This document shows, one piece after another, positions 17,279 to 27,382 of a stretch of 53,555 nt of DNA. The DNA is from Candidatus Ryanbacteria bacterium RIFCSPLOWO2_12_FULL_44_26. GTDB taxonomy: Bacteria > Patescibacteriota > Minisyncoccia > Ryanbacterales > HO2-45-13. The DNA lies in NCBI GenBank assembly GCA_001821765.1, contig MHOA01000003.1:1-53555 (forward strand), written 5' to 3'. The position numbers were made by a program, and so were the translations under genes. The notes below the pieces were generated by a model. That model was not told the DNA's origin. It worked only from the letters and a program-made list of their open reading frames with translations, and ran no database searches. Each line of letters opens with the position of its first letter. Within the stretch, counting starts at the first letter, position 1.

Positions 17279-18997
17279 TTATAATGCGACTTCGGAAAGC
17301 GCCTCAAGTCCGATCTTCCCATCAAACGCCTTAAGCAGCCCGTCTTGCCGCATTGTAATCATACTTTGCCTCACCGCTTCAGCGGCAATGGTGGATTCCG
17401 AAGGGTCGCTTAAAATTATTTTTTCGAGCGCCGGGGTCATGGAAAGCGCTTCAAACACGCCAATACGGCCTCTTGTCCCTTTTGGACAAGTGGAGGAGGG
17501 AAGCGCCTCGTAAATGTGTTTGGGGAGTTGATTTTTTTTCTTTACCTCCTCCGGAAATCCGTCAAATTCCTTTTTTATTTTCTCAAGCGTGCTTCCGGTA
17601 AGCGGTATTTCTTTTCGAGACTCTTCACAAAGTCTGCGCGTAAGCCGTTGTGCAATCGCAAGCACAAGGGTAGAGGGAATAAGAAAAGGATCAACTCCCA
17701 TATCAATAAGTCTCGGGATGACTCCAATGGCGTTGTTGGTGTGGAGCGTGGAAAGCACAAGATGTCCGGTAAGCGCCGCGTGGATCGCGAGCTGCGCCGT
17801 TTCGTTGTCCCTGATTTCACCAACCATGATAACATCGGGGTCCTGCCGAAGCACGCTTCTTAAACCGCTCGCGAATGAATAACCTATTTCCGGCCGTACC
17901 TGTGATTGGTTTAATCCTTCAATGTTATATTCAATCGGGTCTTCCAAACTTAAAATATTTCGTTTTTCCTGATTGATCAGCTGAAGCATCGCATAGAGCG
18001 TGGTGGATTTCCCCGAACCGGTAGGGCCGGTCACCAGAATAAGACCGTAGGGAAGTTTCAGAGCGTCTTCAGTGAGCTTCAGGTTTCTTCCTGCAAGCCC
18101 CAACGCACTAAGCTCTCGTACTCCTGCTTCGGGATCCAAAATGCGAATCGCGACTTTCTCGCCGAAATATGTTGGAAAGGTAGAAACACGAAAATCAACA
18201 TCTCTTCCGTCAATGACAATCTTGAACCGGCCGTCTTGCGGCGCGCGCTTCTCGTCTATCTTCAGATTCGCCATAATCTTGACGCGCGATATAATCGCCT
18301 CATGCACGTTCATCGGTAAAAAAAGACTTGTATATAACACGCCGTCAACGCGAAACCGGACGCGCAATTGACCTTTTCCGGGTTCAACATGAACATCAGA
18401 CGCTCTCCCCTCAATGGCATGGCGCAGCATAACCGCAACCATCTTGGATACCGGCGCTTCTTCGCTGAGGACCATCTGCTCTTTCAGCTTTTCCATGCTT
18501 GGAAGATCTATTCCCTCCTCAAGAGACGATTGATATTCTCCAAGGGCTTTGGTGACCGTGCCTCCAAGTCCTTTATACTCTTCCATCACGGCATTGAAAT
18601 CAGACGGGGAAATAAGAAAGATTTTAAATGGCATATTCACACCGGAAGAAATAAACTGAAGCGCCTCTCGTGCTTCGAGGTCCTCGGGCGACACCATTCC
18701 AACTTCCAAAACACCTTCCTTAACAGCAAGCGGAACAGCCTGATAATGACGGGCAGACTCTTCCGGAATATACTGTAATACTTCGTATTGTACTTTCACC
18801 CCTTCCATTGACCACACAGGAATGCCCAGCAGTGTGGATTTCGCTTCCACAACAACAGCCTCCTCCACTTTCCTTTGAGAGAGTATATCGTAAATACTTT
18901 TGCCGCTTTCCCGCGACTCTTGCCTTATAGATTTGGCCTCTTCAGCGGTGATAACGTTTTGAGATTCAAGGATATCAAGAACCGTTTTGGTAGGCAT
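17279..18997 (-). CDS. pilB: type IV pilus assembly ATPase (GspE/PilB family)
   Basis: A 572-aa protein with an N-terminal GSPII_E_N-like domain, Walker A GPTGSGKST, and a tetracysteine-like region in its C-terminal part. Confidence 0.9.
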   Translation of the reverse strand: MPTKTVLDILESQNVITAEEAKSIRQESRESGKSIYDILSQRKVEEAVVVEAKSTLLGIPVWSMEGVKVQYEVLQYIPEESARHYQAVPLAVKEGVLEVGMVSPEDLEAREALQFISSGVNMPFKIFLISPSDFNAVMEEYKGLGGTVTKALGEYQSSLEEGIDLPSMEKLKEQMVLSEEAPVSKMVAVMLRHAIEGRASDVHVEPGKGQLRVRFRVDGVLYTSLFLPMNVHEAIISRVKIMANLKIDEKRAPQDGRFKIVIDGRDVDFRVSTFPTYFGEKVAIRILDPEAGVRELSALGLAGRNLKLTEDALKLPYGLILVTGPTGSGKSTTLYAMLQLINQEKRNILSLEDPIEYNIEGLNQSQVRPEIGYSFASGLRSVLRQDPDVIMVGEIRDNETAQLAIHAALTGHLVLSTLHTNNAIGVIPRLIDMGVDPFLIPSTLVLAIAQRLTRRLCEESRKEIPLTGSTLEKIKKEFDGFPEEVKKKNQLPKHIYEALPSSTCPKGTRGRIGVFEALSMTPALEKIILSDPSESTIAAEAVRQSMITMRQDGLLKAFDGKIGLEALSEVAL

Positions 18998-19002
18998 GTT
19001 AC

Positions 19003-19311
19003 TTAAAACGGCAAGAAAGGATTTTGCCTCCCGCGCGGCGTTACAACAGGAACCGCGACGCTGAAATCCTCCAATTCAAGAAAGAGCGGATTTTGAAAAA
19101 ATGCCGTATCAAGCCGAACTTCTTTTATCAGCTGTACCGCGGCCAATATATCTTCAGCGTACTGTGTCTCCGCTACAAGGGGCGCTTCAACGGTAGCGAC
19201 TTCCGCGGGCTCACTGCGCGAATTAAGAAACCAAACAAGCCCAATAACAACAATGCTTCCTATAATAACAGCAAAGACGATGTTCGTTCCTTTTTTAAGG
19301 CCGCTGCTCAT
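19003..19311 (-). CDS. small membrane-anchored pilus-locus protein, possibly PilP-like
   Basis: It has one N-terminal TM segment and a C-terminal ...PRGRQNPFLPF, resembling the R-x-NPF motif of PilP-type proteins. Its start overlaps the pilO stop (ATGA). Confidence 0.5.
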   Translation of the reverse strand: MSSGLKKGTNIVFAVIIGSIVVIGLVWFLNSRSEPAEVATVEAPLVAETQYAEDILAAVQLIKEVRLDTAFFQNPLFLELEDFSVAVPVVTPRGRQNPFLPF

Positions 19312-19844
19312 GATTCAATTTCTATCTGCGTGGGACTCACAAAATAGCTCTGCGCGGTGATATTAAAATTAAACTGATTTGTTTCACCGCCTGAAAAGTT
19401 AATTGACTGAACATCCACAAGACGCAGCGACCGCGCTAGATCATCCAGCAATGCTCTCAAATCATTGTAACTGCCCGAGGCGATGAAACGCGTCGTTAAA
19501 ACGCCCGGACTGGTGCCTCTGCCCGCTTGAACGGTAAAACCGATACTGCTTAATAGGAGATCGTGTTCTTTCGTCAGCCTCCTCATCGTAAGAAGCATAT
19601 ATTCGCGTTCGTCTCCTTCAGGAATCATTAATCTCATGCGCTCTAAATCGTCATCAGAGATGCTGTTATAACGCGCAACTAATTCATCCTGTAAGTCGCG
19701 TACTGCCTCAATCTGGTTCAACACCTCCTCACGCCCCTTGGCTTTCTCTCTGAGCGCCTGTATGGTATCCCACTCCGGAAGCGCAACACCAAAAATAAGA
19801 CCAATAGCCGCTGCAATAAATATAAGGCCCAATACCGTTTTCAT
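19308..19844 (-). CDS. pilO: PilO-like pilus assembly protein
   Basis: It has an N-terminal TM segment, a coiled-coil region (WDTIQALREKAKGREEVLNQIEAVRDLQDEL) and an alpha/beta C-terminal domain. It sits between the PilN-like and PilP-like genes. Confidence 0.6.
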   Translation of the reverse strand: MKTVLGLIFIAAAIGLIFGVALPEWDTIQALREKAKGREEVLNQIEAVRDLQDELVARYNSISDDDLERMRLMIPEGDEREYMLLTMRRLTKEHDLLLSSIGFTVQAGRGTSPGVLTTRFIASGSYNDLRALLDDLARSLRLVDVQSINFSGGETNQFNFNITAQSYFVSPTQIEIES

Positions 19845-19859
19845 GATTCTACGTCAGCA

Positions 19860-20507
19860 TCATTCATTATTATTTTCTTTATTGTTACTCTCCGTAGCTG
19901 GATTTATCGCGCCACTGTCCTCACCAAAGCGAGAAGCAAATGGCGGCGGGTTTTTAGAAAATGTGAGCGTCAGCGTAAATCCGATGTTCTCCTGTTGAGC
20001 ACTGATGGAAAGACTGTCAAAGCTCACATTAGAAAAAAACCCGGACTTCTCAAACACCGCCAGTTGTTCAGCAAAGATAAGATCATTTTTTGCATCAGCA
20101 GTAAGCGTGAGCGTTCTGCTTGAAGGCGTATAGGAAAAGGTGGTAAAACGAACGCCTTCAATTGTGTAATATTCCAGTACATCAAAAACTCCTCCGACCG
20201 TTGCATCCGTGTGCTGAGCAAGCAAATTGACAGCCATGGCGATTCTGCTGTCCAGCCGAAGCATTTCCCTAACGGAAGTAAGCTCCAGCGTTTCCCTATA
20301 TTTTGCTATCTCGCTTTCAAGCTTCTCAATATTGTTTTCCGTCAGCTTCCGCATCGTGAAAACCCCGCCGGTGGTGGCTCCTGCAACGATTAAAAATCCG
20401 ATTCCCAAAGCAGTCAGAAAAGCAAAGGGGGAACCCGTGGTTTTCTCCGGGCCTCCTGTGGTGCTCTCAAGAGATTTAAACATTTCCGTGTCAACTTTCG
20501 GGGACAT
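19860..20507 (-). CDS. pilN: PilN-like pilus assembly protein
   Basis: It has a short cytoplasmic N-terminus, one TM segment (FLTALGIGFLIVAGATTGGVF), a coiled coil and a periplasmic-type domain. It follows pilM. Confidence 0.55.
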   Translation of the reverse strand: MSPKVDTEMFKSLESTTGGPEKTTGSPFAFLTALGIGFLIVAGATTGGVFTMRKLTENNIEKLESEIAKYRETLELTSVREMLRLDSRIAMAVNLLAQHTDATVGGVFDVLEYYTIEGVRFTTFSYTPSSRTLTLTADAKNDLIFAEQLAVFEKSGFFSNVSFDSLSISAQQENIGFTLTLTFSKNPPPFASRFGEDSGAINPATESNNKENNNE

Positions 20508-20669
20508 ATAGTGTAATTATATACATATATACATCACTAACGACAGGTCTACACCTTATTATTATAGTAGACAAAATAAACCATTGCTATTGTGCATATT
20601 GAACCAAAGGGGAAAACATGGATTCTCGCAGACTTTTTAGAATGTAGACGTAGTATATAATTTTTCGCC

Positions 20670-20795
20670 ATAAACCTTACATGGTTTATAGTTAATCCAA
20701 AACTCCGCGTAGTTTAGGGTGAAGTTATAGGGTCGCCCTGAACCCTACATGGTTCAGGGCGGCTATGCCTTACGTATGGCATGCGGTGTTTTTTT
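20670..20795. other. three consecutive stem-loops in the pilM-pilN spacer
   Basis: The three stem-loops are ATAAACC-ttacat-GGTTTAT (20670-20689), GCCCTGAACC-ctacat-GGTTCAGGGC (20735-20760) and ATGCC-ttacgtat-GGCAT (20765-20782). A T7 run on the + strand follows. Confidence 0.5.
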
Positions 20796-20833
20796 ATATA
20801 TCGTTACGGGAAATAAGCTATTGGAACATTTGT

Positions 20834-21946
20834 TTAAGATCCGCCGTGCTTCAGCGCCCGAAGCGCGAGCCCCGCAGCAACGCCAAAGGACGGAGCTATC
20901 TTATTTATGATTGGCTGCATAAACGATGGGTACTCTAAAATCCGAAAAGGATTTCCTAATATGACTTCAACGCCAAAATGTTCCGTTGCGTACTCAACGA
21001 GGCCCGGCAGCTTTGCCCCGCCTCCGAGCAATATCACTTTATCAACACTGCGGCGTGTTTTTCTTCTGTAATAAGCGCGAAAACGATCAGACTCATTCAA
21101 TATATGATCAACGAAAGGCAAGATGGTTTTTCTCATTTCGGCTGTTTCTGGACGGTCGATAATGCCGGATTCTTTTTTCATTTCTTCCGCACGTTCAAAA
21201 TCAACTCCGAGCGCCCGCGACAGAGTAACTGTTAATCCCTGTGAACCTCCTTCAATACTATAAGCGGATCGGATGCTTCCAAAATCAACAATGGTAATCT
21301 TGGCAGTTGAAGCTCCGATATCAATCACCATCACCGGCGTTCGGAACTGACTTATGACGGAGCGAGTCCCGCTGAACACTTCAATTTCGCTCCCTTTCAT
21401 TGAAAGACCGGCTTTTGTTACTGCTCTTTTGTAATGATCAGCCATATTTTTCTGCGAGGCGGCAAGGAGGATAGGTATTTTGCCTTCGTGTTCTCTCCGC
21501 TCCTCTTCAGAAATTCTTACCGGCCACCATTCAAGATTCACTGCATTTAAAGGAAGCGGTATGTATTTACGAGCCTCAAACGGAACAGCGCTTTGGAGCT
21601 CCGAAAGAGGCATATTGGGAAGTTCAATGTATGTAACGAAACTGTACCGAAGCGGCATTGCAACGTACGCTGTTCTTGCCGCGGCCTCCGACTCTCTTAA
21701 TAAATCCCGAATCATTTCGGCTACCTGATCTTCCTGAAGCGCCACGGCTCTCCCCTCCTCGCTTGACTGATACGCTCCAGTTGAAAGCTCTCCGTATGTT
21801 TCGAGCACTGCCCGTTCCTTTTCCTCTCTTAACTGCACAACTTTGATGGAGGCAGTGCCGATGTCAAGTCCGAGCACGCTTTTTTCATCTCCAAACACCG
21901 AGGATATCTTTTCCAATATTTTCTTGCCGGAAAATTGAATAGCCAT
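20834..21946 (-). CDS. pilM: type IV pilus assembly protein PilM (actin-like ATPase fold)
   Basis: LGLDIGTASIKVVQL is the phosphate-1 motif, VIDIGASTAKITIV is also present, and the protein is 370 aa long. Confidence 0.85.
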   Translation of the reverse strand: MAIQFSGKKILEKISSVFGDEKSVLGLDIGTASIKVVQLREEKERAVLETYGELSTGAYQSSEEGRAVALQEDQVAEMIRDLLRESEAAARTAYVAMPLRYSFVTYIELPNMPLSELQSAVPFEARKYIPLPLNAVNLEWWPVRISEEERREHEGKIPILLAASQKNMADHYKRAVTKAGLSMKGSEIEVFSGTRSVISQFRTPVMVIDIGASTAKITIVDFGSIRSAYSIEGGSQGLTVTLSRALGVDFERAEEMKKESGIIDRPETAEMRKTILPFVDHILNESDRFRAYYRRKTRRSVDKVILLGGGAKLPGLVEYATEHFGVEVILGNPFRILEYPSFMQPIINKIAPSFGVAAGLALRALKHGGS

Positions 21947-22024
21947 GTACTTTTATAGTATCATAAAAAAGCCGCATACATTGTATGCTTTGCTAATAAC
22001 GACAGTATAACAAGCAATTGTTTT

Positions 22025-22738
22025 ATGGGCGAATATAGAACACTCATCCGCTCTATAACCGGCCACATCACTGACTTTATTGTCCCCTTAAAATGTGTCG
22101 GGTGTAAAACGCTCTCAACTATTTTATGCAACCAATGCAAAACCCGATTGTTTGATGAATGTGAGAGCTGTCTTTTCTGTAAAACAGCTGTCGGAAGAGG
22201 TGTTTGCAGAACGTGCACTCGCACGCTGTATCTTTCTTCCATCGTATCGGCGACATCCTACAAACACCAGCTTGCTAAAACCATTATTACACAATACAAG
22301 TATCACGGCGTCAGAAGCCTGGCTGGTGTTATGGCATCGATGATGACAAATGCCCTCGGCGCCAGTGGAGGCGCGTTACATCATCCGCTTGTCATTCCAA
22401 TACCGCTTCACCGCTTAAAGGAACGACGAAGAGGATTTAATCAATCGGAACTGCTGGCCGCACTTATAGCAAAAACAGCATCTCTGCCAAAAATAGAAAA
22501 AAATGTTTTTGTGCGAACACGCAAATCTCCCCCGCAGGTAACAGCAGCATCTGCCGATGAACGTGAAAAGCAGGTACGCGGCGTCTTTATCGTGCGCGAT
22601 GACACTCCCATCCGCGGCAGAGACATTTTGCTTATTGATGATGTTGCAACCACCGGAGCAACCCTGAAAGAAGCGGCAAAAACATTAAAAAACGGGGGCG
22701 CTGAAAACATACATGCGCTCATTTTTGCGCGGGGATAA
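22025..22738 (+). CDS. comFC: ComF-family phosphoribosyltransferase-like competence protein
   Basis: The N-terminus carries Cys4 (CVGCKT...CNQCK...CLFCKT...CRTC), and the C-terminal PRTase motif is [14 protein letters not shown]. Confidence 0.8.
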   Translation: MGEYRTLIRSITGHITDFIVPLKCVGCKTLSTILCNQCKTRLFDECESCLFCKTAVGRGVCRTCTRTLYLSSIVSATSYKHQLAKTIITQYKYHGVRSLAGVMASMMTNALGASGGALHHPLVIPIPLHRLKERRRGFNQSELLAALIAKTASLPKIEKNVFVRTRKSPPQVTAASADEREKQVRGVFIVRDDTPIRGRDILLIDDVATTGATLKEAAKTLKNGGAENIHALIFARG

Positions 22739-22761
22739 AGAAACTAAACACATCGAAGACC

Positions 22762-23691
22762 ATGCGGCAATATCTCGACCTTCTTCAATACATTCTGGAT
22801 AACGGAATAAAAAAGGACGACCGCACTGGCGTTGGAACGATCAGCTGGTTTGGATATCAGATGCGATTTAATCTTGAAAAAGGGTTTCCGTTGCTTACGA
22901 CAAAAAAAGTTTTTATAAAAGGCATCATCCATGAATTGTTGTGGTTTCTGAAAGGAGACACCAACATCAAATACCTTGTTGACCGCGACGTTCATATTTG
23001 GGATGAATGGCCTTACCAAAACTATTTACAGGAAAATGATCTGGGGAAAAAATTTCCGATGTATTCGGATGCTTGGCGGGAAGAAAAAAAGAGCTTTATA
23101 GAAAAAATAAAAACAGACGATGCGTTTGCAAAACAATGGGGTGATCTGGGGCACGTGTACGGCGAACAATGGATTCGCTGGAAAGGATACGACGGAGAAG
23201 CAATCAACCAAATAGCGCAAGCCATAGAGCAATTACGCCATAACCCCGATTCGAGACGAATAATCGTAAGTGGATGGAACGTTGGCGATTTACAACGGCT
23301 CATTAAAGCAAAAACTGCCGCGCCGCCGCTCTGTCATACCATGTTCCAGTTTTATGTCGCAAACAATAAGCTTTCCTGCCAGCTCTATCAACGCAGCGCC
23401 GATGTGTTTTTAGGCGTACCGTTTAACATTGCTTCATATGCGCTGCTTACCATGATGATGGCGCAGGTTTGTGATAAAGAACTTGGCGAGTTTGTTCATA
23501 CTTTTGGTGACGTGCATATTTACCTTAACCATGTAGAGCAAGTTAAGACACAACTTCAACGCAAACCGCGCCCGCTCCCCAAAATGCACATCAACCCTGA
23601 TATAAAAAATATATTTCGCTTTACATTCGATGACTTTCAGCTTGTTGATTACAACCCTCATTCCTCTATCAAAGCGCCTATTGCTATATGA
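22762..23691 (+). CDS. thyA: thymidylate synthase (ThyA, long form with an insertion)
   Basis: Supporting motifs are [33 protein letters not shown] (catalytic Cys) and [22 protein letters not shown]. At 309 aa it implies a ~45-aa insertion, as in the Lactobacillus-type enzymes. Confidence 0.92.
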   Translation: MRQYLDLLQYILDNGIKKDDRTGVGTISWFGYQMRFNLEKGFPLLTTKKVFIKGIIHELLWFLKGDTNIKYLVDRDVHIWDEWPYQNYLQENDLGKKFPMYSDAWREEKKSFIEKIKTDDAFAKQWGDLGHVYGEQWIRWKGYDGEAINQIAQAIEQLRHNPDSRRIIVSGWNVGDLQRLIKAKTAAPPLCHTMFQFYVANNKLSCQLYQRSADVFLGVPFNIASYALLTMMMAQVCDKELGEFVHTFGDVHIYLNHVEQVKTQLQRKPRPLPKMHINPDIKNIFRFTFDDFQLVDYNPHSSIKAPIAI

Positions 23692-24197
23692 TAGTGTCTC
23701 TCATCGTTGCAATTGACCGAAAAAACCTTATCGGAAAAGACAATGCATTGCCATGGCATCTTCCCGCAGACTTAAAACGGTTTAAGGAAATCACCATGGA
23801 CCATCCTATGATTATGGGCAGAAAAACGCATGAATCGATCGGCAAAACGCTTCCGGGCAGAAAAAACATTGTTATAACAACAAACCAAAACTATAGACCC
23901 GCCAAAGATTGCGCCGTCGCATATTCGTTAGAGGAAGCGCTGCAAAAGGCGAGGCCGGCAAATGAGGTGTTTATCATCGGCGGAGCGGCAATTTTCAAAC
24001 AGGCGCTCCCCATCGCCGACAGATTATATGTCACGAAGGTTGATCATGAGTTTAAAGGCGATGTCTATTTTCCCGATATAAACAGAGCGGAATGGAATGA
24101 AATAAAAAAAGAAATCCGCAAAAAAGACATTAACAATCCCTATAATCTCACTTTTCTTTTATACAAACGGCGGACGCTGGGAGCAAAACAGCAATAA
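23688..24197 (+). CDS. folA: dihydrofolate reductase
   Basis: [36 protein letters not shown] plus GRKTHESIG. It has a 4-nt ATGA overlap with thyA. Confidence 0.9.
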   Translation: MIVSLIVAIDRKNLIGKDNALPWHLPADLKRFKEITMDHPMIMGRKTHESIGKTLPGRKNIVITTNQNYRPAKDCAVAYSLEEALQKARPANEVFIIGGAAIFKQALPIADRLYVTKVDHEFKGDVYFPDINRAEWNEIKKEIRKKDINNPYNLTFLLYKRRTLGAKQQ

Positions 24198-24278
24198 TCA
24201 ACGGGCAATCCGTAAGCAGCTTTGCTTTCGCTTAAAAGATAAATTTTAAAACAATATTACTCCGTGATATAGGCGCTA

Positions 24279-25025
24279 TTACAACTTGATGGAACGAGGT
24301 ACGTCTTTTTTTGTGCCAACAATATAAGTCATTGTAATGTATGCAGCCATAGATGCGAGAAGCGTTAAAAGTCGCGATGACGGCACAAACAAACTGGAAA
24401 CGAGGCCGAGCTGTTCCAGTGAGCCACCGATAACCAGCAATAAAAATGAGGCTGATGTCAAAGACACAGATATGCGTTCTGCCTTTAAAATACTTTCCGC
24501 AATCAGCACGCGTCCCCAATCCATGAGTGTGAGAACAACTGTTGGAACAACGAGGATAACGAAAACAATCTGGGCATTCAAATTGATAATAAACTGACGG
24601 GCAAAAAAAGACGGTGGCACCTCCTCCAAACCATACCGCATTAACGTCCACTCAAAAACCATCACCATAAAAGCAACGGCATAAAGCAAAAAACGCTGAA
24701 AAAGCAGATGCGGATGCGGGGAAGGGAAAAATCGGACAAGAAAATACTTCCACGCGACAAGAATGCCTATACCAACCAGAGACTGAAAAACATAGACCAA
24801 AAAACGCGCTGATTGAATATGCCCGGCCCATGTAAAAAAATTTGTAATCCCAACCAGAAACCAGACAATTCCCATGATCAGCCAAAAAATAGAAAAAAAC
24901 AGCACCGGCATCAAAAACACAGCCGCGATACTTTTTCGCCCTTTCACGTACATATAAAACTGCATAACGCCCAGCGTCCCGATCGTCCATGCAATAAACA
25001 TTGTAAAAAAGATTCCGAGCGTCAT
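24279..25025 (-). CDS. polytopic membrane protein, unknown function (248 aa)
   Basis: It has about 7 hydrophobic segments and an ATG start. I recognise no family motif. Confidence 0.6.
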   Translation of the reverse strand: MTLGIFFTMFIAWTIGTLGVMQFYMYVKGRKSIAAVFLMPVLFFSIFWLIMGIVWFLVGITNFFTWAGHIQSARFLVYVFQSLVGIGILVAWKYFLVRFFPSPHPHLLFQRFLLYAVAFMVMVFEWTLMRYGLEEVPPSFFARQFIINLNAQIVFVILVVPTVVLTLMDWGRVLIAESILKAERISVSLTSASFLLLVIGGSLEQLGLVSSLFVPSSRLLTLLASMAAYITMTYIVGTKKDVPRSIKL

Positions 25026-25197
25026 ATGTCGTGGCCGTTGGCCATTTAAGAAACGTTGATACCGATATCATACCGCATAACGCAAAAAGACAAAAAAGAA
25101 CCTTATATATTGAAAGTCCTTTTTAGTTAACCATACTCCCCGCTGGTTAGACAGACCTTTTGTTTCTTACGCATTCAGTTACCTTGCATTTTCGTCA

Positions 25198-25287
25198 GGT
25201 TGATGCACGCCGAAGGTATTGCTTCCAGTATCAAGAAAGTATTCTTGCCATGCAATACCGGGAAGCGCGAACTTCGGCATTGCAACC
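25198..25287. ncRNA. candidate structured RNA element (about 90 nt, strand undetermined)
   Basis: Nested Watson-Crick helices: GGTTG/CAACC, ATG/CAT, GCCGAAG/CTTCGGC, GGTATTGC/GCAATACC, and an apical CAAGAA-agta-TTCTTG. About 28 bp are paired in total. Confidence 0.35.
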
Positions 25288-25312
25288 AAATTCATATTTT
25301 TTATTCTCAAAT

Positions 25313-27106
25313 TTACTTTTCCCTATGGCTCTCAGCCCTCGATCTTTCTCGTTGAGTCAATATTTTTTTTCTTAATCTCACCGAAGCCGGAGTAACTTCC
25401 ATATATTCGTCTTCCCGCATTATTTCCATTGTTCTTTCAATTGAAGCTTTCCAAGCTGGAGCCAAAGAAATGCTATGGTCTGATCCTGACGCCCTCATGT
25501 TTGTCAGTTGCTTTCCTTTTGTCGGGTTCACATATAAATCTTCGCCTTTGGATGTATTTCCGATAACTTGCCCCTCATACACTTCGTCGCCCGGTTCCAC
25601 ATACAGAGTTCCTCGCTGTTGTAAATTATCCAACGCAAAAGCTAAACATTTTCCAGTCATCATGGAAATCATTGCTCCATATTCCTGTTTTTTTATTTCT
25701 CCCAAATATTTCCTAAAGCCGATAAAACGAGAAGACAAAATACCAAGTCCCTTAGTATCAATAATAAATTGTCCTCTAAAACCCAAAAGGCCTCTTGTCG
25801 GAGCTTCAAAAATTAATCTCTCAACTCCCCCATGCTCTGATTTTACACTCATCAATAAACCTCTGCGTTCGGTGAGTCTCGCAATTACTGTTCCTGACAT
25901 TTCCTTTGGAACATCAATGACCACTTCTTCAAATGGTTCATTTTTAATACCATCTACCTCTTTTATAATAACTTCCGGTTGCGATACTTGAACCTCAAAA
26001 CCTTCTCTGCGCATATTTTCCAAAAGTATTCCGATGTGAAGTTCGCCACGACCTGAAACTTTGAAGCCGTCGTCTCCGGAAAAATCCACCTTAAGGCCCA
26101 CATTCACTTCCAATTCTCTTTCAAGTCTTTCTCTGATTTGGCGGGATGTTACAAATTTACCCTCTCTCCCGCCAAAAGTGGAATCGTTCACTAAAAAGAA
26201 AAGGGAGATTGTCGGCTCATCTACGATAATAGCGGGAAGCGGAGAGGAATCTTCAGACGAAGTAATTGTTTCGCCGATAAAAATGTCCGGAATGCCTGCA
26301 ATCATCACAATATCTCCTGATTGTGCTTCAACTGCTTCTATGCGTGTCAATCCTTCAAAGGTGAAAAGTTTTCTTATTTTTGCCTTTCTCTTTGTTCCGT
26401 CTTGCGTAATGACAAAAACATCCTCGCCATTTTTAATTACGCCGTCATGAATTCTGCAAATAGCCATTCTTCCTAAAAAATTGTCGTATGCCAAATTGAA
26501 TGGCTGACATCTTCCCGGTACATTACTATTCAACGTGGCTGGAGCTACGTGCTCCAAAATAATATCTAATAATAATCCTACTCCGCTATCGGGATCAGCT
26601 AGGTTTCTTTTTGTGATTCCTTGTCTCGCAATCGCATAAACAGTGGTAAAATCACATTGCTTTTCAGTAGCGCCAAGTTCAAGGAATAGTTCCAACACCT
26701 CATCTTCAACTTCCTTGACTCTTGCCGCCGGCTTATCAATTTTGTTTATAACAACAATCGGTTGTAATCCGAGCTCAAGAGATTTTTTCAATACAAATCG
26801 CGTCTGCGGCATTGGGCCTTCTTGAGCGTCAACCAATAGAAGGACCGTATCAATTGCGCGTAACACTCGCTCTACTTCTGATCCAAAATCCTGGTGGCCA
26901 GGAGTATCTACGATATTTATTTTGGTGCCTTTGTGCCGTATTGAAGCATTTTTTGAATATATAGTAATGCCTCGCTCCTTTTCTAGAGCATTTGAGTCCA
27001 TTGACACGCCCTCTTCAACTGCCCCGGTAAACTTCATAATTGCGTCCGTAAGGGTGGTTTTGCCGTGGTCAACGTGGGCTATGATTGCGATATTTCTTAT
27101 CTCCAT
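25313..27106 (-). CDS. typA: translational GTPase BipA/TypA
   Basis: MEIRNIAIIAHVDHGKTTLTD (G1), DTPGHQDFG (G3) and NKIDK (G4) are present, and the length is ~598 aa. The start is set at the ATG at 27106 rather than the track's 27148. Confidence 0.92.
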   Translation of the reverse strand: MEIRNIAIIAHVDHGKTTLTDAIMKFTGAVEEGVSMDSNALEKERGITIYSKNASIRHKGTKINIVDTPGHQDFGSEVERVLRAIDTVLLLVDAQEGPMPQTRFVLKKSLELGLQPIVVINKIDKPAARVKEVEDEVLELFLELGATEKQCDFTTVYAIARQGITKRNLADPDSGVGLLLDIILEHVAPATLNSNVPGRCQPFNLAYDNFLGRMAICRIHDGVIKNGEDVFVITQDGTKRKAKIRKLFTFEGLTRIEAVEAQSGDIVMIAGIPDIFIGETITSSEDSSPLPAIIVDEPTISLFFLVNDSTFGGREGKFVTSRQIRERLERELEVNVGLKVDFSGDDGFKVSGRGELHIGILLENMRREGFEVQVSQPEVIIKEVDGIKNEPFEEVVIDVPKEMSGTVIARLTERRGLLMSVKSEHGGVERLIFEAPTRGLLGFRGQFIIDTKGLGILSSRFIGFRKYLGEIKKQEYGAMISMMTGKCLAFALDNLQQRGTLYVEPGDEVYEGQVIGNTSKGEDLYVNPTKGKQLTNMRASGSDHSISLAPAWKASIERTMEIMREDEYMEVTPASVRLRKKILTQRERSRAESHREK

Positions 27107-27203
27107 AGAATAAAATTGCGCGGCCTTAAGCCGCGTCATAGAAAGCATTAAACACTATTTAGGACTTAAAGTAAAGGCACCTTGTCAGACTGATTTGGTC
27201 CAA

Positions 27204-27232
27204 AGAAAAAGCCAACTGGCGAGAGCTGGCTT
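27204..27232 (-). terminator. probable terminator after the 27383-27946 gene
   Basis: The minus strand reads AAGCCAgctctcgccagtTGGCTT followed by TTTTTCTTTGG. The stem is imperfect. Confidence 0.5.
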
Positions 27233-27382
27233 ACCCCGAGGGGATTTTGAGAAAGAGCGATAGTGGTGCCTCCTTGGTGGGGTTGGGAATCTCACCTTGA
27301 GATGAGAAAGAAGGTAAGTCCGATGAGGCCGATGGAAATGGGCCCTGTGAGAATTGCCCAGTAGACGACATCTCGAAAGATG

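Noticed and set aside
25100-25290. An SRP (4.5S) RNA or yybP-ykoY Mn2+ riboswitch as the identity of the structured spacer (GGAAGCA and GGGGAGTA words).
   Set aside because: The apical loop is not a GNRA tetraloop flanked by the SRP domain IV loops. The GGGGAGTA word sits in a simple hairpin loop, without the four-helix arrangement or the complementary AGACC...3' arm in the right order. I therefore left it as an unclassified candidate.
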